Shown here: positions 53,210 through 64,000 of the stretch, piece by piece | How positions within the stretch are numbered: position 1 is the stretch's first letter | Layout: every line of letters begins with the position of its first letter | NCBI RefSeq assembly: GCF_964188315.1 | Contig: NC_135671.1 | Coordinates: 5,270,001-5,334,000 of the forward strand | DNA from: Podarcis muralis | Lineage: Eukaryota | DNA length: 64,000 nt | Direction: 5' to 3' | Made by a program: the position numbers and the translations under genes | Notes under the pieces: model-generated | The model's input: the letters and a program-made list of their open reading frames with translations, nothing else | Told to the model about the DNA's origin: nothing | The model's database searches: none

Positions 53210-53730
53210 TACTTCTTTTGCCTTCCCCATTATTGTACAAGGAATATGTAACTTGCATGTTACAGGGTTCTGCCTATACAAATAGCAGCATGTTGTAACC
53301 AAGGTCTGATCTTCGGGAGCAGTACCCACAGGACTCTGGCAACAGTCGGGCTTATCATAAGGGATCCGGTGCAGGCACAATGGCAGCTCCCTGCAAATCA
53401 CAACAAACCTAACCTTGGGAATAACCGCTTCCTTGCCATTTCTGTCCAAGGAAGGGGATTCCCTCCACAGGCCTCACCCATCATTTAGTGTAATAACCGT
53501 ACCAAAGTAAAAAATGGCAAGCAATGGAAGGGAGTGGCAGAGGAATTCACACAAGAGAAGGGAGGACATAGGGGTGGGTATCCTGGAGGCTGGCTTCCCA
53601 CTTACTATTTATGGTTTGCAGGGGGCCAACACCAGGCTGGCACTGGGCCATACAATGACATCTGGGCCACAGCTGATCCACAGCCACCTCTCAGTCCCCT
53701 CCACAAAAAAAGCTGGCAAACCCTCCTTAC

Positions 53731-53842
53731 CTATTGTTCACTTTCGTTTTCTGTAGCTGCTCGTCTTGTCTCGCATACCATTCCTCCAACTCCTTGATCG
53801 CCTTCTCTTTCCACTCTGCTTCTTGCTTTCGAGAGTTTGCAT
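53731..53842 (-). CDS. CLTA: CLTA exon 4
   Basis: 112 nt; DANSRKQEAEWKEKAIKELEEWYARQDEQLQKTKVNNR; donor GTAAGG. Confidence 0.98.
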
Positions 53843-54449
53843 CTTTTAAAACAGAGGCAGACGAGAATGAACGGACATTTGCTCTCAGAGCTAAATATAG
53901 CTAAGATTCTGAACTATAAGTAGGCAAAGGCTTTGGGAGGCAGGGAGCTGCTGGAGGGAGAAGAGTCACCACACTAGCAGAAACCACTCAGCTGGATATC
54001 CGAAATGCTCCCGGTGTTGACAGTAACAGTGTTGGATTAAAGGGCTGTTGGAGCAGGGACAGAGGGGTGCAGTGGTTTGAATCCACAGATAAGCATTAGC
54101 TTCAGGTACACAAGCTCAACCGGTAGCACAAGTTTGACTGTTCTGTCTCCATTTCCCAAACTCTCCATGTAATTTTGCAAATGTTCACCAGACTGACCAA
54201 CACCCACAGCAGTTCTTAACCACTTAACTCTGCTCTCATTTGTTCTTTCTTTTTTAAAAAATGAGAAGTCCCTCACCCCTTGGGTTGCAAAAGTTGCTTC
54301 AATGTATGGGCAGACAGAGGATCAGTTGACTAAGATTGCCAGGGGTCATGTAAGGAAGGGAGAACTGAGGCTTCCCCTAGAGGTTGGTAGACTCCCAACT
54401 TCCACGGTCAACAGTTATGGATGGTGTTGGAGTCTAGCATCATCTAGAG

Positions 54450-54756
54450 CAGGGGTAGGCAACCTAAGGCCCGGATGCTGTCCAATCGCCTTCTCAATCC
54501 AGCCAGCGGACGGCCCTGGAATCAGCGTGTTTTTACATGAGCAGAATGTGTCCTTTTATTTAAAATGCATCTCTGGGTTATTTGTGGGGGCTGCCTGGTG
54601 TTTTTACATGAGTAGAATGTGTGCTTTTATTTAAAATGCGTTATTTGTTGGGAGTAGGAATTCATTCATTATTATTTTTTCAAAATATAGTCCGGCCCCC
54701 ACAAAGTCTGAGGGACAGTGGACCAGCCCACGGCTGAAAAGGGTTGCTGACCCCTG
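54450..54756. mobile_element. hAT-Charlie-type MITE with internal 42-bp duplication
   Basis: Perfect TSD atctagag; duplicated block at 54527-54568 and 54598-54639. Confidence 0.92.
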
Positions 54757-55423
54757 ATCTAGAGGGCCGCTGGTCACCCAGCCCAGATTAGGAGTTCAGG
54801 ACACTAAAGCTGGCATTGTCAATGCAACCCCTCCCTCATAAATGGCAGAAGGAGAAATATACAAGATAGAGGTAACTATCTTGTATGTAACATTTGCATT
54901 AATTTCCAGGAGTTTGAGTTACTACAGGCAAGAAATTTGATTGTGTACTCTGTGCTTACCCAACGCTGCCCATAGGAAGCTATACATAAGGCAATAAGGA
55001 ATCAGGCTTCTCTCCTGTGTTGAAGGAGGGCAATAATTCTTAAAACGGGCCATTACGGCAAAAGGAGCTACAGAAGGGAAAGGCAACGGAGAGTCTGACG
55101 ATGACCAACAGTCTCCAGGATCTTTCTCATCTAGTCCCTAGTGCAGGTCCCAGTGCTGAGGCTGTTCAGACAAGGTCTCCTATGCAAAATGCAAGCAGAG
55201 GGCAACAGAACTGCAACAGAAGCACTAATAGATTTCTCCTCTTATGTGCAAAAGCGAGGGAGGTGCATTCAAGGAGATCCCAACCAATTCTGCTATTCAC
55301 ACTGGGATTGGGGTCAAACCGGCCCTTGACTGCATCTCAGAACAAGGGATGGAGGCACCGTCACTGCTCTTTAGGTCTTGTCAGAAGCTAGGGGTAGAAG
55401 TGTGCATGCTCCTTGGCTCTTAC

Positions 55424-55541
55424 CAAGTACTTCTAGACGCTCCAGCTGCTCTTCTCTCCATTTGCGGATGCTCTCTGGTTCTGTCTGCAAACGATCGGCT
55501 TGCGAAATAGCTGCATAGCAGTCCGTTGGACCGTTGCTCTC
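55424..55541 (-). CDS. CLTA: CLTA exon 3
   Basis: 118 nt; ESNGPTDCYAAISQADRLQTEPESIRKWREEQLERLEVL; donor GTAAGA. Confidence 0.98.
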
Positions 55542-55941
55542 CTTGAACCACACAAAAAAGATCAGTCATTTTATGATAGCCATTGGATAAAACTGCAGTT
55601 CTTAAAGTAGTGCTACTTTGGGAGTAAAAAAAAAGAGCTACCTGCCTCAACTGCTAGTCCAGACTACCTACCTACCTATATGAAATAGTAAACCTAAATT
55701 GCCTCCACTCCTAATGAACAGATTAGAAGCAACTCTTGTGTCAGCAACCATCACAATACTAGACTGTAGGAGATACCTGGACTGCACCCCTGCAACAATA
55801 AATGTGTAGGGAGCAGGAAGAGAAAGAAGTACCCAACTGACAAATTGATGAGTCTTTTTCTCCCACCCATCCCACAACACTGGTTACACATCACCTGTCT
55901 TACAGCAAGCCAGTGGTATTCAGAAGACTGTTGTTTTATTG

Positions 55942-56074
55942 TAGGGTTTCCGAAACTTGGGTCTTCAGCTGTTTTTGGACTACAGTTCCCATCATCCCTG
56001 ATCACTGATCTTGCTACCTAGGGATGATAGCTGTAGTCCCAAAAACAGCTGGAGACCCAAGTTTTGGAAACTGC
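55942..56074. mobile_element. Palindromic MITE
   Basis: Arms gtttccgaaacttgggtcttcagctgtttttggactaca / tgtagtcccaaaaacagctggagacccaagttttggaaac. Confidence 0.8.
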
Positions 56075-56359
56075 ATTTTATAGAATGCACCAAGACAAGA
56101 CAAATTATCTAACAATTCTCTCCAAAATACAAAGTGATGGAAGAAAATAAGCAGCTGATACAATAAATCCCCAGTTCATGTTGGATTTTCCCTAGTATCA
56201 TTAAGTTTGATGTCACTGATCTTTAACAACAACCCATATTAGTTAGGCTGCACAGCTTTCCAAAATCCAAACTTTTAGAGGGGTACATCTGCTGCTTTAA
56301 AAGGACAAATTCAGACAGATGTATGGCACCCTTGCTGCCGAAACACCAACATACTTTAA

Positions 56360-56550
56360 TAGTTGGTGTGCCAGACTAGCGGGTGGCAAACCCGGGTTCA
56401 AATCTTCATTCAGCCATGGAGCTCACTGGGGCAAACTTGGGCCTCAATGGGTTGGTGTGAGGATATAATAGGGAGGGGGAGAACCATATATGCCACCCAT
56501 AGTTTCTTGGCGGAATGGTGGGGTACAAATGTAGCAAAAAATAAAATAAA
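56360..56550 (+). mobile_element. MIR-related (Squam3-like) SINE, degraded
   Basis: B-box-like cccgggttcaaatc, cagccatggagctcactggg and A-rich tail. Confidence 0.55.
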
Positions 56551-57113
56551 GTAGAAAGAGAAAAACACGCACTTGTAAACACACTGATCATGTGCCAGGC
56601 ACAGCTTCCCAGAATGGAACAGGCACATTTTAAAATCCACTTTTTGTGGCCGAAGCAGGCAACTGGCACCCCATCTAAGGGCTTCCTGATTACGTAATTC
56701 CCTGCTCTACCCGTGCTTTAAGGCATCTCTGCTTCTTTTCCTTCCGTGTAGACAGAGGCAAGAGATGACCTCTTCCCACAAGGACAGTAATGGAAGCCTT
56801 TAGAGCTCTTCCTTTCATCCACCTCAGTTGCTCATTCTTGGGTGTGTGGGCTGTGGAGAGGCAGATGAGGACTGACAGTGCTTTTAACCCACAAAACCCT
56901 TTGCCTGGCCCTTCCACCCTTGTTCAGTTAAAGAATGGGCTTGTTGACCTTTGCCAACTCTGGCATGCAGGAGGCAAACACCATTACGGCAATCGAGCGC
57001 AAATCTGCTGACAGTCTGGATGGGAGCAAAAGCCAGAGGAATAATAAAACTCTTTATTGGGAGAGTCATCCGACAACTAGAGTTGCTTTAAAGCTCATTT
57101 CACTTCCATTTAC

Positions 57114-57151
57114 CTGGTAGACATCACCGTTCGTCACCCCGTCAATTGAAT
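57114..57151 (-). CDS. CLTA: CLTA exon 2; exon 1 lies beyond 64000
   Basis: 38 nt; (D)SIDGVTNGDVYQ versus recalled human DAVDGVMNGEYYQ; ctgcag| acceptor and |GTAAAT donor. Confidence 0.93.
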
Positions 57152-58096
57152 CTGCAGAAGAAGAAGAAGAATTTATCTGTGTTAGCTTTCTTTTCTTTTT
57201 ACAAGAAAGTGTTTTTACAGACAATAACCGCAGTTCAAAGAGTATGTAAGGAGGAAAAAGACTGGAGGGTTTTTACATAGCTGAGAGGACACAGGCTTCA
57301 GGCACTCTCTCAACAGGGAATTGGAAAAGGATGGTGTAGATTGGAGGCAAACAAGAGGCAGAAAAAACCTGTTCCGAGGCTCATCCAGAACACACTTGGC
57401 AATCTTGGGGAAGCCGTTACTTTTCAACCTCACCCACAATACCCTGCCCTTGCTGCAATATAATCTTGGACTCTACAAAGTTATTGTAAAAAGCACCCAT
57501 CAATTGTGGTTATGAAGCACCTGGAATGCTTTAGCACTAGCATTCAGTTTGTAGGCAGAAAAGATTCTCTGCTCAGTTCTTATAAGCTATGTAGCAGGGA
57601 TAGCCATCCTGGTGCCCTCCAGATCAGGCACAGGCACATTTTGCACCTGGCTTTCAACCACTTGCGGCGAAGTGAAGATGCCCGGGTGCCAGGATAGCGC
57701 CTGACATCCCCACCATCTGGGGATCATTGGATCTGGACTCTTTTCACACACTAATACCCCATCCTGTAGAATTCTATCAGTTATATTTTAAGTGCACAAT
57801 AAAAAAAGAATTTCTGGAACCAAAATGCTTTTTTCTGTGCTGCCTGAGCAGCAGCAAGCACAATTAAGAAAAAGTGGTTGGAATAGGTCAATATATTTGT
57901 GGACTGTCCCTGGATCAAGTGACTTTTCTTCTTTAAGTACTCAAAGCTCTTTAAGCTGGCTCAAGGTTGTCATCTGAACTAGCCATCTGAACTAGTTTAA
58001 CTGAGACTCAATCACAGTCAGTCCATTGCCCCAAAATGGCAACTAGACCTTCCATTTTGGCAACTCTCTTTGGTTTAATGGGCCATTTGGCACCTA

Positions 58097-58100
<4 letters not shown>

Positions 58101-58146
<46 letters not shown>
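58101..58146. repeat. (AT)23 microsatellite; (AT)6 on the other side of the Penelope-like element at 59921-59932
   Basis: Directly visible. Confidence 0.95.
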
Positions 58147-58148
<2 letters not shown>

Positions 58149-58225
58149 TTTCGTAGATTTTCACGGGTACAGGAATGCAGGTTTTGGTGTCCTCGGGTGT
58201 CTTCCCGTGTAAAAGATGGGGTGTC

Positions 58226-58269
58226 TAGGCGACGTTTCGACGAGGTCTCACTCGTCATCTTCAGGCTGG
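58226..58269 (-). ncRNA. Minimal type I hammerhead ribozyme motif
   Basis: Minus strand: CCAGC-CUGAAGA-U-GACGAG(UGAGAC)CUCGUC-GAAA-CGUC-GCCUA; intact core, 6-bp stem II, loopless palindromic stem III (ACGU). Confidence 0.8.
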
Positions 58270-59915
58270 TGCTTTCGGCTTCTTGTTACTGGAACAGAGC
58301 AGGATCTCAGTATTTGAGTTCCTATAAATACTGTTGAGGAGGTGTGTTGTATAGCCTCCAATGTTCTGGGCAGAGAGGAAGTTCCCAGGCTAGTGTGCCT
58401 TTTCTTCTTTTGTTCCTTAATTACTTGAGGGATATCTTGAGTGATTTCTTGAGTGATATCCTGAGTACCACTTAGGTGGGTCATTAGGTGTGGATTAGTT
58501 GCTAAGGCCTTTGTGTCTTGACCTCTTGAACTTTGTGAAGAGTTTTTCTGAGAAGATGGCTGTACTGAAATTAGTTGTGCTCTGGCTTGGCTTCGTGTAT
58601 AGGGGCGAGCTGTGGTTTTGTGGCCTGTGCCAGCCAGATCTGTGTAGGGATTGCAGGGGGGTGCAGCATCCGGAGGTGCCACCATGGTTTGGCTACTGGA
58701 TGGTGTCTGTAATTTATCTGTGGAGAGGGTCTGGGTTTGGATCTGGTGTGGTTGATTGGTGATGGCGTTCTGTGTGCCTCTGGCTCTGGTGTCAGTTTTT
58801 GTGGGGAGGGCTAATTTCCAGATGTCTGGCAAGCGGGATGTGTCGTCACGCTTGTTCATGTTGTGAGGGTGTTTCTCTATCTCGATGGCTTCCATGATTA
58901 TTCTCTTGTGGTGATGTTCCATGTTAAAGAGCAATTTGGAATCTGCAAAATTAATTTCGTGTCCTGTTTCTTTCATGTGTTGGAAAAGAGAGGAAGTTTT
59001 TTCTTCTTTTTTGACGGCATTCTTGTGTTCTGCAATACGTGCATTTATTCGTCTGTTTGTTTGTCCAATGTACGTGGCTGGGCAGACTTTGCAGGGTATT
59101 TCATAGACCCCTTGGTTTTCCAACTGGATTTTATCCTTGGGGTTTCTGAGGATATTGGCTATTTTTTGGTTGGTGCAAAAGGCTGTTTTGATATTGTGTT
59201 TATGGAGGATTTTGCTAATTTTATCTGTAGTGCCCTTGATATAAGGAAGGAGGGCCATGCCATTGTTTTCTTCTGTGTCTTGGTTTTTGGGGGGTGTTTC
59301 TTTTTGGATTAGCTTCATAACCCTGTTTTGCTGGTATCCATTGGCAATTAACACATTTGAGAGATTCTGTAACTCAGTTGTCAGGTGGTCTTTGTCAGCC
59401 AGGCGTTTGGTTCTGGAGATGAGAGTCTTGGCTACGGAGTTTATTTGTGCAGGGTGGTGGTGTGATTGTGCATGTAAGTAGCGGTTGGTGTGTGTTTTTT
59501 TCCGGTAGATAGTGTGTCCTAGGGAGCCATCAGGTTTTTTGTAGATTAGGACGTCAAGGAAGGGAAGTTGGTTGTTGGCTTCTATTTCCATAGTGAATTG
59601 TATTTTGGGGTGTAGGCTGTTGAGATGTGTGAGGAAGCTGTCCAGTTTTTCTTTCCCGTGTGGCCAAATTACAAAGGTGTCGTCAACATATCTGAGCCAA
59701 AGTTTGGGTTTGTGTTCTGACTTGTCTAAAGCATTGGTTTCAATGTGTTCCATGTACAGGTTTGCGATGACCGGTGAGAGGGGTGATCCCATAGGTGCTC
59801 CTTCTATCTGTTTGTATCTTTGTCCATTGTGGATGAAGTACGTGTTGGTTAGGCAGTGGTTGGTCAGGTCCAAGATGTATTCGGGGGGATTGTATTTGTT
59901 TTGAATGGCTGTCAA
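58248..59915 (-). CDS. PLE reverse transcriptase (C-terminal part) + GIY-YIG endonuclease; the apparent start is a TTG at the truncation point
   Basis: RT motifs QIEGAPMGSPLSP and YVDD; GVYEIPCKVCPATYIGQT with downstream EH and H-x5-H; 555 codons without a stop. Confidence 0.92.
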   Translation of the reverse strand: MTAIQNKYNPPEYILDLTNHCLTNTYFIHNGQRYKQIEGAPMGSPLSPVIANLYMEHIETNALDKSEHKPKLWLRYVDDTFVIWPHGKEKLDSFLTHLNSLHPKIQFTMEIEANNQLPFLDVLIYKKPDGSLGHTIYRKKTHTNRYLHAQSHHHPAQINSVAKTLISRTKRLADKDHLTTELQNLSNVLIANGYQQNRVMKLIQKETPPKNQDTEENNGMALLPYIKGTTDKISKILHKHNIKTAFCTNQKIANILRNPKDKIQLENQGVYEIPCKVCPATYIGQTNRRINARIAEHKNAVKKEEKTSSLFQHMKETGHEINFADSKLLFNMEHHHKRIIMEAIEIEKHPHNMNKRDDTSRLPDIWKLALPTKTDTRARGTQNAITNQPHQIQTQTLSTDKLQTPSSSQTMVAPPDAAPPCNPYTDLAGTGHKTTARPYTRSQARAQLISVQPSSQKNSSQSSRGQDTKALATNPHLMTHLSGTQDITQEITQDIPQVIKEQKKKRHTSLGTSSLPRTLEAIQHTSSTVFIGTQILRSCSVPVTRSRKHQPEDDE

Positions 59916-59934
59916 GGCTCATATATATATATGA

Positions 59935-60056
59935 GAGTTTCTAACACTGCTCCAGATGTTGTGTACTTCTGTTCCCATCATGTCGGACCAAGCAGAATAG
60001 GGCCAACGGGAGTTGTGGCCCACAACATCTGGACAGCACCACATTTGCTACCCCTG
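59935..60056. mobile_element. Palindromic squamate MITE, degraded
   Basis: Arms tccagatgttgtg...ttcccatc / gggagttgtggcccacaacatctgga, ending gctacccctg. Confidence 0.55.
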
Positions 60057-61424
60057 CTCTACAACCATCCCAATGATTAAGAGCTGGTTATGCAGGTGGT
60101 GGAATACAGCATTAATGGGGGGTGTATTAGATTTGGACGGGATTCAATTAAACAGCTGTGCCAGCAGAAGCCAGTGGAATGAGTCCCACTAGCGCAACAG
60201 GGCTTTCCCCCTCTTCCCATGTACCCCACACTGGTTCTCCCAGAACAGAGTAGGGGGGAATGAGGGGAGACTGTGCCGTCAGACAAGCAGAAAGCGCAGG
60301 TTCAGAAGCGCAGGAATGGACAAATACATTATCTTAGCATTTATAAAAAGTGGTGAAATGCTACATAAACAGCATACATCTACTTATTTAAGGTATTTGT
60401 AATCCTCCCTTGACTCCCAAGATCCCAAGGCAGCACTTAATCAGCATTAGAACCATAATTAGCAATAAGTTAAACTAAAACAAAAGTAACTCAATATCAT
60501 CATAAAATTCAGTACCATTTATTTTAGGTATTTGTAAATACAGGCAACCCACCATTTATGCATGCTCAGTATGTGCATGACTGCACATATGTGCATCGCA
60601 CTGAACTCAGAAGTGACCCAAAACTGTCACAAAAAGGGGCAGAGAAGAACAGGGTGTTTGCAATCTTTTTCAACAGTGTTTCAAATATACATTATTTCAC
60701 TGATGCACACACTGCCTTGGAACTTAACAAATGGGGGAATGCCTGAAAATATGTATTTTAGGTATTTGCACATGCTGTGACAGCAACCTCATGATGAATT
60801 CCCTCCCCAAAGACTTGAAGGCGGTAAGCACATTTCTTTCTTAACAGTGTTTAATTAGCAATACAGAAGCTTTCATTTCTTCACTCTTTGCTTTTAAATC
60901 TATGGCCAAAGTTGCTTAAATGTTGGTTTTTATTTTACACTGAGTAAATGATTTAATTACTTTGTTTTAGTACATCAAAACACGACTGTGCCTCCCGACA
61001 GATGCAGCTGGACTCTCAACTACCTCCAGTTACAAACAACATAACAAACTATAAAGGAGGATGAGAGCTGGAGCCAGTCAACTTCTAGAAGGCCACAGGT
61101 TTCCCATTCCCATTTTTAAAACGTATTCTTCACCACTCCTGTCTCTTCAGGCGTTGCAAGTTGTTTAGGAGGCTTGAAAAGCAATCTAGACATATCCTTC
61201 TAAGTAAAATTCACCAAGCTCAAGTCACTGCCATCTCTTCATGCTGCAAAATACCAGTGCAAAAGGGTGCACGACACTAGGAACAGATTTACTACACAGA
61301 CGTAACAACACCCAACATTGTATAGATTTCAGTGCCTACATTGTTTAGTATTAGGAGTCTGGATAACAATTATAAGCTAGCACACAGTGAGACATGGAAG
61401 AGACACTGCCCTGAAAGTACAGTA

Positions 61425-61674
61425 CAGTTGTACCTTGGTTCTTGAATTTAATCCGTTCTGGGAGTCCGTCTGACTCCCGAAATGGTTCGAGAACCAAGGC
61501 GCGGCTTCTGATTGGCTGCAGGAGCTTCCTGCAGCACATCGGAAGCTACGGAAGCCGTGCCGGACACTCGGCTTCTGAAAAACGTCCGAAAACCGAACAA
61601 TCACTTCTGGTTTTCGATTATTCGGAAGCCAAAAGGTTCGAGTTTAAAGGCGTTTGGCTTCAGAGGTACGAATG
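61425..61674. mobile_element. Tigger-type MITE
   Basis: ta|CAGTTGTACCTTGG ... GAGGTACGAATG|ta; homologous to 13086. Confidence 0.82.
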
Positions 61675-62647
61675 TATACTGCTTTCAGTATCTTCCAAGG
61701 AAGGGATCAGCTAAGTGTAGATTCGTTTGCAAGACCTATTTCCACAAACTAAGAACAAAGGAGACAGAAGCTATCAAGAACTGCCAGAAAGAACAAACAG
61801 CTGCTTCCCATGGTCAGTTTTTGTTTTAACAAATCCAAAACCATCTTATCTTTGGGGAAACACTATCAGAACAGGAAGGTTGAAGTCAATACAGCCCACA
61901 AAACATCCTGAGACGGCAAAGATAGCACATATATTTCTCCTAACCTTGCTCCCTCTTCTCTTTCTTTTTTCTCATTTGGAGCATATGCAGTGCTTGCCTA
62001 AACCATCACAGCAACATTTGCTTTTTTGAGGTGGGTTCAAACTGAGCGATGCTAACAAGACCACAGGTCTGTCCTGTGAAGATACAGACTCAAGACTGAC
62101 GCCACCATCCTGGCTTTTAAGAGACCTAAATGCATTTAGCCTGAAGGTTTTAAAAAGGAATTTCCAAGACAAAAGCAGGTACAATTTTCATAATTGTTAA
62201 GAGCAAAAGGACCGACTTACAAGGAGTCCCAGGTTCAAATCTTCTTACCCCAGCAATGAACGCAAGGGATTTACACAAAGCCACTACATTTCAGTCTCAC
62301 CACGACCAATCGGCAATACGAGAACAATGCTAATCTACTTTTTGTGCAGGTTCAAAGGTTAGCGAGATATGTGAATTGATGCAACTCTCTGCACAGCGTG
62401 ACCGCTGCCTCCAGCAGAAATGGCCCCACACAATCTGGCTTGAAAAAAGCATCCTGAAATAGGAATCTCTTTCCAAGCCTTCATGTGGCAGGTTAAGAGT
62501 AAGAAAATGAATGGGTGAATGGATGTACCGTATTTTGGTGGCCCCCACAACAATGAAGTGTGGCCTTTGAACTAAAATGGTTCCCCAACCCTAGTCTAGA
62601 ATCTCACTTTAAAATGTTTTTATTTATTGCTTATGACTACTTCTGGT

Positions 62648-62988
62648 GGGACACAGATGGCGCTGTGGGTTAAACCACATAGCCTAGGACTTGCTGATCA
62701 GAAGGTCGGCGGTTCGAATCCCTGCAACGGGGTGAGCTCCCGTTGCTCGGTCCCAGCTCCTGCCAACCTAGCAGTTTGAAAGCATGTCAAAGTGCAAGTA
62801 GATAAATAGGTACCGCTCCGGCGGGAAGGTAAACGGCTTTCCGTGTGCTGCTCTGGTTCAGAAGCGGCTTAGTCATGCTGGCCACATGCTGGCTGTACGC
62901 CGGCTCCCTCGGCCAATAAAGCGAGATGAGCGCCGCAACCCCAGAGTGGGTCACGACTGGACCTAATGGTCAGGGGTCCCCTTACCTT
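62648..62988 (+). mobile_element. Sauria SINE, subfamily A, full length
   Basis: TSD tacttctggt (62638-62647, 62989-62998). Confidence 0.95.
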
Positions 62989-63094
62989 TACTTCTGGTAT
63001 TTTTTTAATTGAGCAAATCTTTTCATGTTGTAAGCCATCTTGACCATGGTTTAACTATGGAAATGAATAAACTAACATGATGATGAAGTTGATA

Positions 63095-63348
63095 CAGTTG
63101 TACGTTGGCTCCCGAACACCTTGGGAGTCGAACGTTTTGGCTCCTGAACGATCGAAAACCGGAAGTGACTGTTCCAGTTTGCAAACTATTTTTGGAAGCC
63201 AAATGTCTGGCGGGGCTTCCGCGGCTTCCAATTGGCTGCAGGAGCCTCCTGTAGTCAATCAGAAGCTGCGCTTTGGTTTCCAAATGTTTTTGAAGTCGAA
63301 TGGACTTCCAGAACGGATTCCATTTGACTTCCCAAGGTACGACTACTG
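63095..63348. mobile_element. Tigger-type MITE, reverse orientation to 13086
   Basis: ta|CAGTTGTACGTTGG ... CCAAGGTACGACTACTG|ta. Confidence 0.85.
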
Positions 63349-63529
63349 TACTTCAAAAACAGCTGTAAGACCAAAATGTATGAAGCCCAGTAGAGATCCT
63401 AAACTGTGCAAGTCTGGCCAAAGTAGGAACTATTTAGCACTTGATGTCCTAAAATGCACTTCATACTACTCAGATGACAGCGATGGCTGTGTAGTGCTCA
63501 GGGAATAGCATTGGAAGGCAAAAAAGAAA

Positions 63530-63790
63530 AAATAATGATATTGGAAACTGCTACATTTAATTACAAGGAAATTCAGATGGAAGAGATCAGAGGAAGTCAA
63601 GTAATATGTTTATGAAGATGGATTTTAATTAACTAATTAAGTTTTAGTGTATGTGGTGGTATACGGGATGTGGGAAGTATTTTATGTTCTTCATTTTCTC
63701 TTCTTTTTCCCCCTTTAGTATTGTCTATTCTCTTTTTTGTTATGTTATGCTTTTGTATGAAAATTAATAAACATTGTGGGGGAAAAAGAA
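63530..63790 (+). mobile_element. Possible L1/Tx1 3' UTR remnant
   Basis: T-rich block ending in AATAAA plus an A-rich run; family not verified. Confidence 0.3.
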
Positions 63791-64000
63791 AGAACAACAT
63801 GTTTAAGATACACTAGAGCTTTTGCCATTCTCATAGTGACCCTCCGTTTGTGCCAGCCTACGCCAAAGTGCCCAGCCGCTGCTTTATGTGGATATTGGGG
63901 CTAAAAGATTGCCAACCCTGGTGGCAAAACATCAAGAATGGGGAACATGAAAATATATGCGACATGTGGCTCTATATCAATGACCTCATCTCTCCGCTAG

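Larger units (their letters stand above)
58147..59920 (-). mobile_element. Penelope-like retroelement (Penelope/Poseidon type), 5'-truncated with complete 3' pseudo-LTR, in CLTA intron 1
   Basis: RT and GIY-YIG coding frame, hammerhead motif in the 3' end, (AT)n at both flanks. Confidence 0.95.

Noticed and set aside
58499-59922. Plus-strand and off-frame ORFs overlapping the PLE
   Set aside because: Shadows of the real minus-strand RT-endonuclease frame.
57152-64000. CLTA exon 1 or promoter
   Set aside because: No CpG island or MAELDPFG-like coding sequence in this interval; it must lie beyond the window.

Overview
This is vertebrate genomic DNA, most likely from a lacertid lizard (inferred from Sauria SINEs, a Bov-B LINE and squamate MITE families). 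It holds the complete GNE gene (UDP-GlcNAc 2-epimerase/ManNAc kinase) on the + strand. The 11 core coding exons from ATG 25303 to TAG 39805 sum to 2169 nt (722 aa). A distant coding first exon at 6391-6444 (MGSNVRLRREQQIPLGPH) splices in frame to exon 2 and would give a 755-aa GNE2-type isoform. A CpG-island promoter with a probable non-coding exon 1 lies at about 18.4-19.4 kb. Tail-to-tail on the - strand is CLTA (clathrin light chain A): exons 2-7 are present, including both neural insert exons (54 and 36 nt), and exon 1 lies beyond the window end. Introns are dense in transposons: six Sauria SINEs of two subfamilies, a Bov-B 3' fragment, hAT, Tigger and Tc2-like MITEs (some nested), and a young Penelope-like element with an open 555-codon RT + GIY-YIG frame. 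The strongest leads are: a minimal hammerhead ribozyme in that element, sense to the CLTA pre-mRNA; the lizard GNE2 exon; Leu at GNE residue 202, where Arg to Leu is recalled as a human myopathy allele; a hairpin whose loop is exactly the UAG acceptor of neural CLTA exon 5; perfect 36-bp and 31-bp intronic inverted repeats; and a TIR-bounded CpG-rich element abutting the GNE promoter. All comparisons with human, mouse or repeat consensus sequences are from memory and were not computed.
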